DNA from: Folioceros fuciformis
Taxonomy: Eukaryota
Reading direction: 5' to 3'
Length of the DNA stretch: 64,000 nt
Assembly (NCBI GenBank): GCA_049999805.1
Contig: JBNGIO010006380.1
Coordinates: 552,735-616,734 of the forward strand
Part shown: positions 37,856-50,553 of the stretch, piece by piece
Numbering within the stretch: position 1 is the first letter of the stretch
Layout of the letters: every line of letters begins with the position of its first letter
Program-made: the position numbers and the translations under genes
The notes under the pieces: model-generated
Told to the model about the DNA's origin: nothing
What the model saw: only the letters and a program-made list of their open reading frames with translations
Database searches by the model: none

Positions 37856-38142
37856 CGCCCCAAGGTGGGACCTTCCAGCTTGTTTTCAATCGGTTTTGTG
37901 CTAGTATCCGTCATTCTCAAGTCTGTTATCGAGGCTGAAAGTTCGATATAGAGTGGATGAAACACATGACTCATGCAAAGCTCGTCATGGAGCTGAGGAA
38001 ACACAGTAACTCATGCCAAACTCATTATGGAGTTGAGAAAACGAAGAGACTCCTGTTCGTGATAACCTGATCTGTCCTTTCTTTTAACCCTTGGTCAAAA
38101 CTGGATCACAACTGTCGCGGACTGCTGGAGAATGTACATTCT

Positions 38143-40415
38143 CTAGCCAATGACCAAAGCTTTCTTGGCCATCGCCAGAGTGCCATCAAAACTTTTGTTT
38201 CCGCCAATGAAGCCACTCATGTGGACAAACACCCCTCCTTCAATTCCTGTCTCTGCGGAAAGTTCGTCATCCCTAAGGCCGCGCCACTGCTGCGGCAAGG
38301 GCTTCCTGCTTTCAAACTTCCCAGGGGCAACAGCCACGGCCTGCACTCTCCATTGATGATTCCTGTCGTCCTGCTCCACAACCGCAAAGGAAGGGAATCA
38401 CTTCTGCTAGTCACACAACGTGAAAAGGTGTACATGTGCAGTCACTCGAGGAGGACGTACCTCATATAGAACGTATTTAATGGAAGGCTCCAGCTTCATC
38501 TCCTCTTCCAACTCTGCTAGGTGTGACTTCCACTGTTTGAAGATACGCGTCCGGACAGCGTGAGGCCTTACACGAAGAGAGGGAAATTACTGCAATTAAG
38601 CAATGAGAAATGGAAAACGTACCGGGCAAAACCTGTCAAGCACCATGATCTCCCCAGTCTCTGCATACCGAGTTCTAGCCGCTATACACTCAGCAACAAT
38701 GGACCTTGCGGGTAGCCATGACAACGCGTAGTAGTGCAGAGCCTGAAATTTCAAACAGCCCAAGTGAAATTTTCACTTCGTAAAAAAATTCATGCCAAGT
38801 TCTTGGCTCTGTAACTATGCCCAGTCACATGAGATGAGAGTGATCGACCCTTCTACAGGTACTTGGATTATGCCAACAAGCACGATCAACCACGAGAAGC
38901 AATCCCCGAATTGAAAAATGCATCTCACATAGTAAGATAGACAAGTTGGCTGGTTGCTTTACGCAAAAGTAGGCCACTGTATTGATCAGTCATCACAGTA
39001 GATGGAAATTTGCAAACGACACCAGTAGTAACAACAACCACAACGTGCTGGATTCAGAGGTCTATTGTACCTTCGATTTTGCCAACAAACAGAATCAACC
39101 ATGCAAAGCGATGGTCATATTCACTAGTGCACCTCACAGAGTAAGATAGACACATTGGCCGGTTACTTTATGCAAACGTAGGCCACTGTGTTGATCAGTC
39201 ATCACAGTAGATGGAAATTTGCAAGGATTGCCGGGTCAGTCAACCCACAGAATCAATATCTCAGAACATTCGAGGCGAAGTGGTAAAAAGACGACAAGAT
39301 TACCTCCTGAAATTCAGTGCCAGTCAGCTGCATGGCCTTGGAAAAAGCCGAATCCTCCTTCTCAGATGTGACTTCGTCAATCCAGTCCGGGTTAAGACGC
39401 GCCACACGAGCCGAAAGATGTGTATTGTTCACATACCTTGGTGGTTGATCAGTGTCGTACTGGTTGACACCATTATCAATTGCATCTACAGCCTGCTATA
39501 AACCACGAGAGTAGACAACAAACATCAAAGATCACATAAGGCAGGTAGTAAACTGCTAGAAGCCAGCTAGCACTGGCCCATAGGTCGGTGAGAGGTAAAG
39601 CTATAAACTCCATCGTACCTCAATAAAATTCTTGTAGACGGCAAGATAGACGCGCTCGACGTCAGGATGCGACGTGTCCAGATTTAATTCCTTGGCAACA
39701 ATTTCCAAGCCGTAATGCTGCAAGACCAAACCGTAATCACGAAATCATGGAGCGCACTCGAACTTTACGAGCAGTACTAAGTCAAATGCAGAGAAACCAC
39801 ATACGGACCTTGTAGACAAGCCCAGCACTGCTAAGCTTTGTTATGAACCCGTGGCCAAACACCTGATCAAAGCCTCTTTGATGATGATCGAAACGATCAC
39901 ATTCGGCGGAATACACGCCCCCCACATCTAACACCGCATCCAAATTTTGCAGAATCTGCACCTCAACCCCTAAATTAAATGGTCAACAGGGTGCACATCA
40001 GAATTTTGCGACAAACAAGCGTACAGAGCTGAAGTTGCCTTCTCACAGGTGCAAGCTCTACCTTCTCATCTCTTGTTCTGATGATCTCTGCGTTTGCATA
40101 CTTATCCGTCAAACGGATCATGAAGCAGGCCAACGCTTCGTCGCAGTGGAAGGTGCCATTGTGCGTTCCCACCACTTTCCGCAATTTCCTCTTCAGCGAC
40201 CCATTTCTCTCCACCTCAAACTCAGAGTCAGAGGAAGTTCTCAACTCCGGCGCTGCTGTAGCCGACATGGTCCTCCAAACATGCAAGCTTCCTCCGTGCC
40301 TCGGATTTGGAAGCACGACACGAACACCTACCGACGCCAAGAACAGGGAGGACGATGTCTGGCCAAAGGACCCAAGAATATGGCTACAGAGCTGCACTGC
40401 CAGGCGGGAGAACAT
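38143..40415 (-). CDS. MYG1: MYG1 exonuclease (UPF0160)
   Basis: [33 protein letters not shown]...[61 protein letters not shown] and [13 protein letters not shown]. Confidence 0.95.
38850..39224 (-). ncRNA. Candidate pair of duplicated intronic H/ACA-like snoRNAs in MYG1 intron (38743-39303)
   Basis: Two copies of about 160 nt. Each has a pocketed 5' hairpin followed by ANANNA (aaagta / aaagca). The upstream copy ends ...ggt ACA ata. Confidence 0.5.
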
Positions 40416-40789
40416 GTGTGAACTACAGCCAACAACAAGAAAGCAAAGAGACGGCACAATGCCGTAGAGCGACAAAAGACAGTTTGGTGCCTTCCTTCCT
40501 GCAACAAGTCTTCCACACACAGTGTGCACCTGTTTCAAGCACTGAAACCAAATTAGGGCTAGGTTTGAAGGCAAATTTCCCAACAGGGAATCTGTGAATT
40601 TGGTAAAGCCGACCGTTTTGCTCGTCGCCTTGCATCCGTTGTTCGTCTGCGGTTAGCACAGTGGTAGAATTGACTTCAGGGCAGCTGGGATTTGGGGTGA
40701 GATGGAGCTGCTGGACTGCACCTGGAACGCGTGACGTATGGACTGTGGGGGTGATTGACGAACTCGGTTTTCGTGCAGCAACCACGGCT

Positions 40790-43700
40790 ATGAGGAATCG
40801 CACAGAGCCCAGGAGCAGCAGAAGTGCAAATCACGATAGGAGCATAAGTGGGAAAAGCAGGAGCCGAAGTCGAGATAGGAAGGATTTGCATAGTCGAAGT
40901 CGCAGTCGAGACAGGAAGGAGAGGCACAAGAGCAGAAGTCCGAGTCGCGACAAGAAGGATTCGCAATCTCACAAGAGCAGGAGTCAGAGTCGGGACAGGA
41001 GGGATTCACATAGGAGCAGGAGTCGGGACAGGAAGGATTCACACAGGAGCAGGAGTCGGGACAGGAGGGATTCACACAGGGGCAGGAGTCGGGACAGGAA
41101 GGATTCACACAGGAGCAGGAGTCGGGACAGGAAGGATTCACACAGGAGCAGGAGCCGGAGTGCCGAAAGGAGAGGTGGGGATCATGGGGGGCATGTGAGA
41201 GACAGGAAGGATGCTCACAGAAGCCGGAGTCGAAGTCGAGACCGAAAGGATCACAAGCGGAAGGAGATCGATGGAGTGGATGGTGATCGGAAGCGGCTTA
41301 GAGGGGAAGATGGTTTGAAAGAGGTTGACAGAGACGAAAAGGTGAGGAGAAAAGATGGTGATGATGACAAAATCAAAGTAGCTGAGAAAGGCGAGAAGGA
41401 AGGGAACGGTTTGGAGAAGGCAGCAGAGGGTATGCCGGCCGAAGATGGAGAAATACCTAGTGAGTCTACCAAGGAGGATCCGGCATACGCTTCCGAAAGT
41501 AAGGGTGGTGGCAAGAACAGCGACAGCAAGAAACCCGGGGTGAGCCAACTCGTGGGCCTAAAGGGAATGCAAATTATACATTATTCGAGTAGATGTAGAT
41601 TGACTTGTAAGAATGGAATGCTGTATACATGCAGGTTTCGTTGTTTTGACCTGCTGGGTACGGGCGTCTGGGCCAATACTGTGTCGTTTGCTAGTCCATC
41701 GCTGCTTATGAGCAGGTTGTGCTCCTTCTTTTTTGAGGGACACTGGTGTTCATTCGTAGACGTTGTACAGAGTTAGTGTCCGGCAAATCCGCAGGAGCTC
41801 ACAGAAGTTTCCCTTGCGGATGCAGCCCTTGTCGCTGGAGGAGATTTTGAAGAAACGGAAGGAGGACTCCCTTCAGCAGGCGAAGGTATGCATGCGTTGC
41901 TCTATAGACTGCAGAGGACGTTGTTTTTCCCCTTTCTAGGCTGAGCCTCACGAGCATGTCTTCATCGCTGACTTCGTGGGAACATGTCTTCGCAGCCTGT
42001 GTTTTTAACTAAAGTTCAAAGAGAGCAGTTGGCTCTGAAGCGACGTGAGGAAGAAGTTATTGAACAGAAGAAGAGGTAAGGGCGTCAAGCTTAGTCTTCA
42101 TACTTTTGCAAAGTCTTGAAGTGGACTCTGCTACTCATGAAGGGGTTTTCTTTCTATCTTGCAGGACAGAGGAGCGCCTCAAAGTTGCAGAGAGCAGTCG
42201 AAAGGAGCAGGAAGGTGTGCATCTTTGTAACTGCAGTTTGTGGACGGGAAAGTTCAGAATCCTCATTATCAGGAGAGGTTTATTCTGTCTGCTATTTGTT
42301 GCAGATAGGGACCGTCGGGAAAGAGAGAGGGAAAGGGAACATGAGCGGGAACGGGAAAAGGAACGAGAGAGGGAACGGGAACGTGATCGCGAACGAAGAG
42401 AGCGGGAACGTGAGCGTGAAGAAGAGGCCAAGGGTCGTGAGAGAGAACGCCTTGAAAAACAAGCCGCTAGAGAACGTGAAAAGGAGTTGGATGCCATCAA
42501 AGAACAGGTACTGGACCTTTGGTGCTTGAGTGAAATGGAAGTACTTAGCTGTGGAGGGGCTTTGGTGGATGCAGAGCGATTTATCAAGCTAGCTATTGCT
42601 CTGGGTGCAGTACCTTGGAGCGAAGAAGTTGAAGAAACGCGTTGTCAAGCCGAGTGAAAAGTTTCGATTTTCTTTTGACTGGGAGAATACTGAGGATACA
42701 TCACGGGATATGAATCCTATGTATGTATTTTGCTGCTGCTTGCAGAACGTGGTTTGTTTCTTCTTCCTGTTTCCTCTGCCATACCCAAGTGTAACATTTC
42801 CGGTTGATGTTAATGACAGCTATCAAAACCCACATGAGGCCCAGTTGCTTTTTGGCAGAGGATTCCGTGCTGGCATGGACCGTCGGGAACAGAAAAAAGT
42901 ATGTATTTTGGTACAAGATTGTGCTTTCGTCTTTTTCTTTCTTCTGGCTTTGTGCTGTGGTTCATTAACCGAATACTTGTGTCTTCGTGGGTTTTCTTAG
43001 CTTGCAGCGAAGAATGAGAAGGATTTACGAGCTCAAATTCGGGTGAGTTCCGACAGATATAATTTGTGGTGAAGGTTATTTCTGCAGACGGTGGGTAATT
43101 TCATTTGTATTTAGGACTTATTTTCTGTGTTATCAGGCCAAAGATGGAGTTGAAGAAAAGCCAGAAGAAGCGGAAGCCCAGAGGCAAAAAGATGAGGCTG
43201 CAAACGTTTATGACACTTTTGATATGCGTGTGGACCGGCACTGGTCGGAGAAAAAGGTCTGGGCTCATCCATTTTGCTGAACCTTGTTTTTCACCACGAT
43301 GCTTGGCTGTAGAGCGTTCTGACAAGGTGTTCGTGTGCTGCAGATTGAGGAGATGACAGAGAGGGATTGGCGCATTTTCAGGGAGGATTTCAACATTTCG
43401 TACAAGGTGGGGGCTGTTCCATGAACGATTCTATTTTGCTCGTTGCATTGAGTAGGCTCGGTGCAAGTTAGCTTTGTTTCTGTTGATTGCAGGGATCAAG
43501 GATTCCAAGGCCTATGCGCAATTGGGAGGAGGGGTCACTGAGTGTTGAACTGCTGAAGGCAGTTCAAAAAGCTGGTTACAAAAAGCCATCACCTATTCAA
43601 ATGGCAGCAATACCAATTGGTTTGCAGCAAAGGGATGTTATTGGCATTGCAGAAACTGGGTCTGGCAAAACGGCCGCCTTTGTTCTGCCCATGCTCACTT

Positions 43701-45810
43701 ACATCTCAAGATTACCTCCCATGACGGAGGAGATAGAAGCAGAGGGGCCTTATGCTGTAGTAATGGCACCCACCAGAGAGCTTGCGCAACAGATAGAGGA
43801 TGAAACTGTCAAGTTTGCCCACTACCTCGATGTTAGGGTAGTCTCGATTGTCGGTGGACAGTCAATCGAGGAACAAGGGTTTAAGTTGCGCCAGGGCTGC
43901 GAGATTGTTATTGCTACACCTGGTCGCCTCCTCGACTGTCTGGAAAGAAGGTGTGTCTTCCTTTCAGTCTAGTCGAATGCTAGGAGCCGGTGATGTCATT
44001 ATCTTGCTGAAAATTTCTGTTTGCAGGTATGCAGTTCTGAACCAATGCAACTACGTTGTCCTTGACGAGGCTGATCGTATGATCGACATGGGTTTTGAGC
44101 CACAGGCAAGCGCCAGTAACCTTTGAAGGTATCGTTTTTCCTTGCTCCAGCGGCATGCAAGAAGGATATGAACATCGTCCTTTGATCTGTGCAGGTTATG
44201 GGTGTGCTGGATGCAATGCCTTCGAGTAACTTGAAACCAGAAAATGAGGATGCGGTACGGCTGTCGTTTGTTGTGGAAGGAATATATATGGGTTACAGAT
44301 ATATGGTGAACTAAGCCCTGTGGCGTGTGCTCCGCTTCTGAAGTTTTTGTTTGCCTGCAGGAGCTTGATGAGAAACGGATCTACAGAACAACGTACATGT
44401 TTAGTGCCACAATGCCGCCAGCTGTGGAGCGCCTTGCCCGCAAATACTTGAGGAACCCTGTCGTGGTGCGAACATGTTTACTTGCTAGCACCGTACTGCC
44501 TCCGTTTGTGTTGGTCTTTGAATGTAGGTGTGTTGTCAGATAAGCTTGTTGTGAAATCAAGTACGCTTACGATGTTTTGTATGACAAGGCAGGTAACCAT
44601 TGGTACAGCAGGCAAAGCGACCGATCTCATTACACAACACGTCATGATGCTCAAGGATGGAGAAAAGCTGGACAGGTGGGAATTGACGGGAGAAGTCGTC
44701 ATCTGCCCTACCGCTTTCCTACCCGTTCCTTATCATGAGTTGCCAGCCCTGTTTTTGATGAGTCCGGTCGCGGGACGGGACTGAGTGCTGTCCCCCTGAC
44801 GTTGATTATGATGTGCAGATTGCAACGTGTGCTGAATGACCTGGGTGAGAAGACAGCGATAATATTTGTGAACCAGAAGAAGTCAGCCGATGCCCTTTCA
44901 AGGCAGCTTGACAAGCTGGGCTACAGGGTGACGACCTTGCACGGTGGGAAAACTCAAGAGCAGCGTGAGGTATAAGCGGAGGCAATTGGGTCCTGACTTG
45001 GGTTGGTTTAGGCCACTTTCTTTGGGTGTTGTTGTGTAATGCGTTTCCAGTGCTTTGTTGCAGATAAGTTTGGAGGGGTTCCGAAACAAGCGTTTCAACT
45101 GCCTTGTTGCAACTGACGTCCTAGGACGTGGAATTGATATTCCTGTAAGAGATGTGGCGTGGTTGCATTTAGAAGTCAGTCTGCACTTTGTTTCGTCTCT
45201 TGGAAATAGGAACAGCGTTGCCTGAACGACTGTATTGATGATGCAGGACGTGGCCCATGTGATCAATTATGACATGCCTGGGAACATCGAGATGTATACT
45301 CACCGAATTGGTATGTGTGGTTTCCACTTCCCTCTACTTGGACATGAGCGCAAGGCTGCTAGGTATGTGTAATCTGAGCCTTGTGCATCGTGCTGTGTTG
45401 TGAAGGTCGAACTGGGCGCGCCGGAAAGACTGGGGTGGCCACCACCTTCTTAACACTCTACGACACAGAAGTTTTTTACGATCTGAAGCAGGTACATGGT
45501 AGCTGGACAAGTAGTAGGCGTTTGATAGAGAGCAGTGAGGTGCCCAGTCCTTGAAAGGTTGGATCCAATGATGAACTGTACCGTCGTCCTGCAGATGTTG
45601 GTACAGAGCAACAGCCCTGTACCCCCGGAGCTGGCCAGGCATGAGGCTGCCAAGTTCAAACCAGGTTGGTGACTTGACATGTGGTGTGATGGCCGTGACC
45701 GGTGTAGCTGCCTGGTTCCGAGACTCATTGCCTGCTTGTTGGTGTTTGGCATGACAGGCACCATCCCCGACCGTCCCCCGAGGAGGAACGACACCGTATA
45801 CGCGCACTAG
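40790..45810 (+). CDS. PRP28: Spliceosomal DEAD-box helicase PRP28/DDX23 (RH21-like)
   Basis: RS-rich N-terminus, [76 protein letters not shown] and YTHRIGRTGRAG. Confidence 0.96.
40987..41157 (+). repeat. Coding 33-bp repeat ([11 protein letters not shown]) in the PRP28 RS domain
   Basis: gagtcgggacaggaaggattcacacaggagcag occurs about 5 times. Confidence 0.9.
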
Positions 45811-47081
45811 GGAGGCTCCATGCCGTGCAAGCTGCCGTGGCGGGGGTTAGTGCATTGATGAAAGTGTAGCTCGAAATCTTGTCACATACAAGTGTATCCA
45901 GACGTTCATGGACAGGTACCCTTGAGATGTTCCTGTTCTGAAAAGCCGGATTTGCATAACGAACGCGGAGTTACGAACGTGGAGTTGCAAATAGTTTATG
46001 TATGGTTTTATAATGCTGTGTGCTGCAAGTGAGAGCCGCAGCTGTCCCGTGTCTAGTCCCAATAGGCAGGGCCTGGGATAGGGCAGTGCAGTGCAGCATG
46101 CGTGGTGGGTGAGTGGGTAGGTGGGCGATGATTAGAGAGAGACAGGGAGCTGGTGGAGCCATGGGGGTGGTGCTGCTACACTTGGCGAGAAGCTGAGCGG
46201 CGAGGCGGGCCCTGCGGCATGTGGGTGTGTCAGAAGGTGGGACGCCGCGCCAGATGGCCCGGCCTAGTGCGGTCTCCTATCTATCCAGGGGCTCCAGTCA
46301 CAGCTCGAGAAAAGATGGCTGCCATATCGTTTTCTGCTTTTCCCCTTCAGGTCCTTCCTTGCCTTTCCCCCTTCGTCGAGACTCCAGCAGTCGCGTGGGA
46401 AGGAGCACGTTATTCCCCGCCCGCCTACGTTTTATGTAACGCTTCACTATCGGATTATGGAATCTAATCCATGTGGAATATGTATTTTATAAGTACATAT
46501 GATTTAATACATGACCATCCGTACAGTCCGACCTTCTGCTTCCTTGTTGTTTACGGTGCGTGCCATGTCCCTACCGCCGGGGCCCCAAGACCTGCGGTAT
46601 TTGTAAAAATAGAGAGGCTAGTTGTGCACGCGCCGACCGTACCATCCCTCTTCCTCGATTTCATTTACTAATGCCTTACATTCTGTGAGCGGAGAGCATG
46701 AGTGGCATCAGGGGGGTATGATGAATCCCAGCGGTAAGAGTGTGGGTGGCATGCGCGTGTCGGCCGCAGGGGAAGGAAGAGCTATGTCGGCAACACGTGC
46801 CCCGCTGCATGTCTCTGCCCCCCTCTCTCTGTCCCTTATATACATGTACCTACATACATACACATTCACATGTATGTCCATTAGTATGAATGAATCAATG
46901 CAGAATTTGCACGATATTAGCCAAAAAACCTGACTGGAGTTGAGTTTGAGCGACCGGGTGGGCGGCCCGGCCATGCGCGTGCTGCAGCGTCACGTGAAGC
47001 CATGCTCCTGCTTGTCGTTTTCTTCCGCCATGTGCCTGCCGCTTTCCAGGCTCTACTCCCTCCTAATCCAGGCCTGGGACC

Positions 47082-47181
47082 CTCGTAATCCCTAATTGCA
47101 CCAACTCTCGTAATCCCTAATTGCACCAACTCTCGTAATCCCTAATTGCACCAACTCTCGTAATCCCTAATTGCAACAACT
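47082..47181. repeat. 25-bp tandem repeat, 4 near-perfect copies
   Basis: ctcgtaatccctaattgcaccaact. Confidence 0.92.
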
Positions 47182-49008
47182 CAGTCTCCAGTGCCTGTTG
47201 GTGGTCTCATAAGACGGGGACCTGGTTCCTTCGGACCTTCCTCCGCCCTGTCTTCACCATGGGGCCTAGGCATGGGTGGGAACTGGTCTCCGTTTGCGGG
47301 CCTGCGGCCCAGGAGCGCGGGCCCCCCCTCCCCCGTCCCGTCCCTCCCAACTCATGGTGAGGAGAAGTCGGAGCCGCGGAACGGGCGGTCCTCAGCGCCC
47401 TGCCCCCGGGAGGCCGGGGGGGCCCTCTTGCCTCCTGGGACCGGCGGGCCGCGGACCCTGTCCCATATCCGCCTGCTTCTGCACTAAATACAATTCGGAC
47501 ATACAATAAAGGAACGTGGTACAGTACACCATGTACATGTACATGGACCCTGTTGCACAGGCCCCAGCTGATGAGCGCAGCAGAGCAGAACAGAGAAGAT
47601 ACAACCGGGCCCCGGCCACCCTCCCCGCCTCCAAGTTGCGGATGAAATCTCCAAATGATGAGCCAAATATTCGCAGAGGCTTCAGGCCAGGGAAGGGCAT
47701 GCATGCGCGGCCGGACTCCCCCTACCCCCACTTGCTCCCCGCCCTGGAAGATCTCGGCAGATGGGTCTCGGGAGATGGGGCGGGCTGGGGCCCAACCGAG
47801 TGTCCAACCCTGCGTCGCATGGAAACCTTGCTCCTCTTGAAAACGATGTCCGGACTCTAGTCTTTAATAACAAGACCTTTTACCACTTGGCCCTGCTTGC
47901 GAAAGCAACATACTCTGGGGACATTGTCATGGATAATACTGCGATTGCGACAAGCACGATCTTTAACACCGACAAACATACTCACACACATATGTATGTA
48001 AGAAAGGAGAAGAAGAAAAGAACAAGACAAAACTTGGAACAGATGTGGAACTGCTCCTCACCTGGAAGCCTGCTGCTGGGTGGAAGGAAAGAGATGTCAT
48101 GCTCGGTGGCACCGCGCGTCGCATCGCTCCTTGTGCCCAAGTTGTTGTTCAGGAAAGCAGCCCCGAGTCCACCCCATGCACGCCTCGAGTCAGTCACTTG
48201 GACCGGAGATTTCCCTCTTGTCCAACTTGACACCTTCCAACGGCAAGCGGCTGGAGCTCTTTTCCTAGTGCGATGCCGCGTCTCTCTCTTCGCTCTTCTG
48301 GCTCTCTCGCAAGGTGGGCCATGGCGGACCTATTTCACCGGCTCACAGCATGCGATGCCCCACAGCCTTCACGTGCACCATCCGCTTCTGCTCTTCTTCC
48401 GCCTCCTCCTCCGCTTGTTCCTCCACCTCCTTCCTGTTCTTCATATGCTTCCCAGCACGAAAAAAATTCAGCTTGCTCCAATTCGAGCACCTGGAGGAGC
48501 TCCGGGGATCCGAGCTTCCTCCTCCGCCTCCGTCCTGCACTTCGACGATCCAGTTCGTTCCTTGACCGGAAGCAAGGCCTGAGGCTGCAAGGGCAAGAGT
48601 GCGTCGACAAATCAACTTAGCGACAACAGCAGTGTCCATCCCATCTGCTCGAGACCGCTTCCAACAGTCTCACCTCCTTCTGCTCTAGCCTTCGACTTTG
48701 CTAGAAATCGGCGTGCAGAGCGTCAGCTTGTATCGCGTCCGTCCGCGCTACTCCGTCCGTGCTGCGAGCCCGGTGGCGGATCTTGCCATCCCCGATTACG
48801 CCCAAGCTCAACGACAGGTCGATGCTTCTCTCCCCCGCTTTCTCCATGGCTGCTGCTTCAACGCGCGCAGGCGAGACGAGCGCAGTGCATGCTCCGATCG
48901 CTGTGCCTCTTTGAGACCATTCCACTCGGTCAAGATCGCGCCTGCGCTCTTAGGCTACCAACCATAGCTGTGTGCCACCAGTAGTCGGTGATCCTCATCT
49001 TGCCAGCC

Positions 49009-49755
49009 ATGGCCGCGGCTAGAATGCTGTCCTTCCGCTTGACCCGAGCTCTGGCATCGGAAGCCTCCGCCAGCGACCGCAGGGCCCGACCCGCGGCTAC
49101 CGTATGCCAGCTCTCGCAAAGGTCGCCGTGGGGGAGCGTCTCTCTGCCGCGCCTCGGACACGGACCGGGTGGCGCCGACTCTGAGTGCAAGGTGCCCGTC
49201 TCCGACTCTCCTCGTAGCTCCCCGCTGCAGCCGTCCCTGTACGGGGAGCCGGCGGCGGTGAACTCGGGGTCTGAATTCGTGCTGGAGGAGGCTGCTGTAG
49301 GCAGAGTGGAGTGCAACAGCCGGGGCTGCCGGCCATGCATAGCGGAGCCCGACCCCGGGCTCATCACCAACTGGGGCAGGGCGACGCAAGACCAGAATGA
49401 GGCTCAGCTTGCCTCTGCCGTCCCGCAGAGCTCCAGGATAGCCACCTACCACAACCGGAGCACCTCCAGAGACCGCAGCCTCCGCGGGCCCAAGCCTCAC
49501 TTCCCCTTGGATTTCGCGGAGTATCTGAACGAGGTGTGGATGGAGACGGCTGCGGCTGACAAGTACTTTGCGGCGGCCTTGGCTGCTAACCAGCACGATG
49601 CCGCGCTGCTGGTGGAGTATGCTCAATTTTGCTGGACCTCGCTCTCCGACGCCGATCGAGCTGAGAACTTCTTCAACCAAGCTTTGGAGCAGGCTCCCAA
49701 CGATTCCAGTATTCTGGCGAGCTATGCCAACTTCCTGTGGCAGACTGACCAGTAG
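49009..49755 (+). CDS. Plant TPR-like helical repeat protein with probable transit peptide
   Basis: Single exon. The C-terminal DKYFAAALAANQHDAALLVEYAQFCW...DRAENFFNQALEQAPNDSSILASYANFLWQTDQ* matches the plant TPR-like family ending in YA.FLW. Confidence 0.8.
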   Translation: MAAARMLSFRLTRALASEASASDRRARPAATVCQLSQRSPWGSVSLPRLGHGPGGADSECKVPVSDSPRSSPLQPSLYGEPAAVNSGSEFVLEEAAVGRVECNSRGCRPCIAEPDPGLITNWGRATQDQNEAQLASAVPQSSRIATYHNRSTSRDRSLRGPKPHFPLDFAEYLNEVWMETAAADKYFAAALAANQHDAALLVEYAQFCWTSLSDADRAENFFNQALEQAPNDSSILASYANFLWQTDQ

Positions 49756-50553
49756 ATTATTAGGTACTTGGTCTGCCAGGAGCGAACTTTTCCTGCAATC
49801 TTCTTCTCTCCTTCTCCATGGCCTGCACCACTCAACTCATGTGCGTCCACCACGGACCTGTACAGTATACTCACTTTCAGCAACTCTGCGACTTATGACA
49901 CCAAGTTTTGCGTAGAATTTCTGTCCAAACTAATATAAAGGAGGAGCCGCAACCATCAACTGCTTGTCCCATGATCTACAGCTTTCAGATGCGCTCAACT
50001 TCCTTCTTCAATCTGGCCATGTGAATATCGCTGTTCCCATCTTCCTTCCAGCCTGCCTAAGACTGCTGTTTTGTGCATGGTGACTGAACCAAACATTTGC
50101 TGTGAAATGCAAGTGATTGTGTACTCGTGATCAATCACAGACTCTTGTCCAACGTTTTCCTCCATGGAATTCGAAGGACACACTCCTCCTTGTTCAAGTT
50201 ATTCGTTAAGAGTACTCTCGTGTGCACTGCTCGGCTTGACAGTTGCTCAAAATTTTGCTGGTTCCATTGACTCCCAATCTGTGATGGTATGGTTTTGGTG
50301 CAACGAACGTTCCTGTCCGTGTTTCACTCACGAAATTGTGCTGGGTGACTTTGCGAAGGTCACGAACGATGATAAGGCAATCGACACGAACCAACTGCGT
50401 TTCGCATATCTTTCGCATTCCGACGAAGACAGGTGTACTAGTCTGGGTAGAATCGGGTACAATTCTTCAATACTCACACGGCTAAATTACAATGCCAGTT
50501 ACGACCAAAGAGAGCGATAACACCGATCCATCGCTTTGGCGACCTCTTTGCAA

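Noticed and set aside
45108-45144. PRP28 motif V variant [10 protein letters not shown]
   Set aside because: This position varies among plant orthologues and the other helicase motifs are intact.
46150-47900. GC-rich ORFs downstream of PRP28
   Set aside because: Low-complexity ORFs on both strands with no family signature. No gene can be supported.
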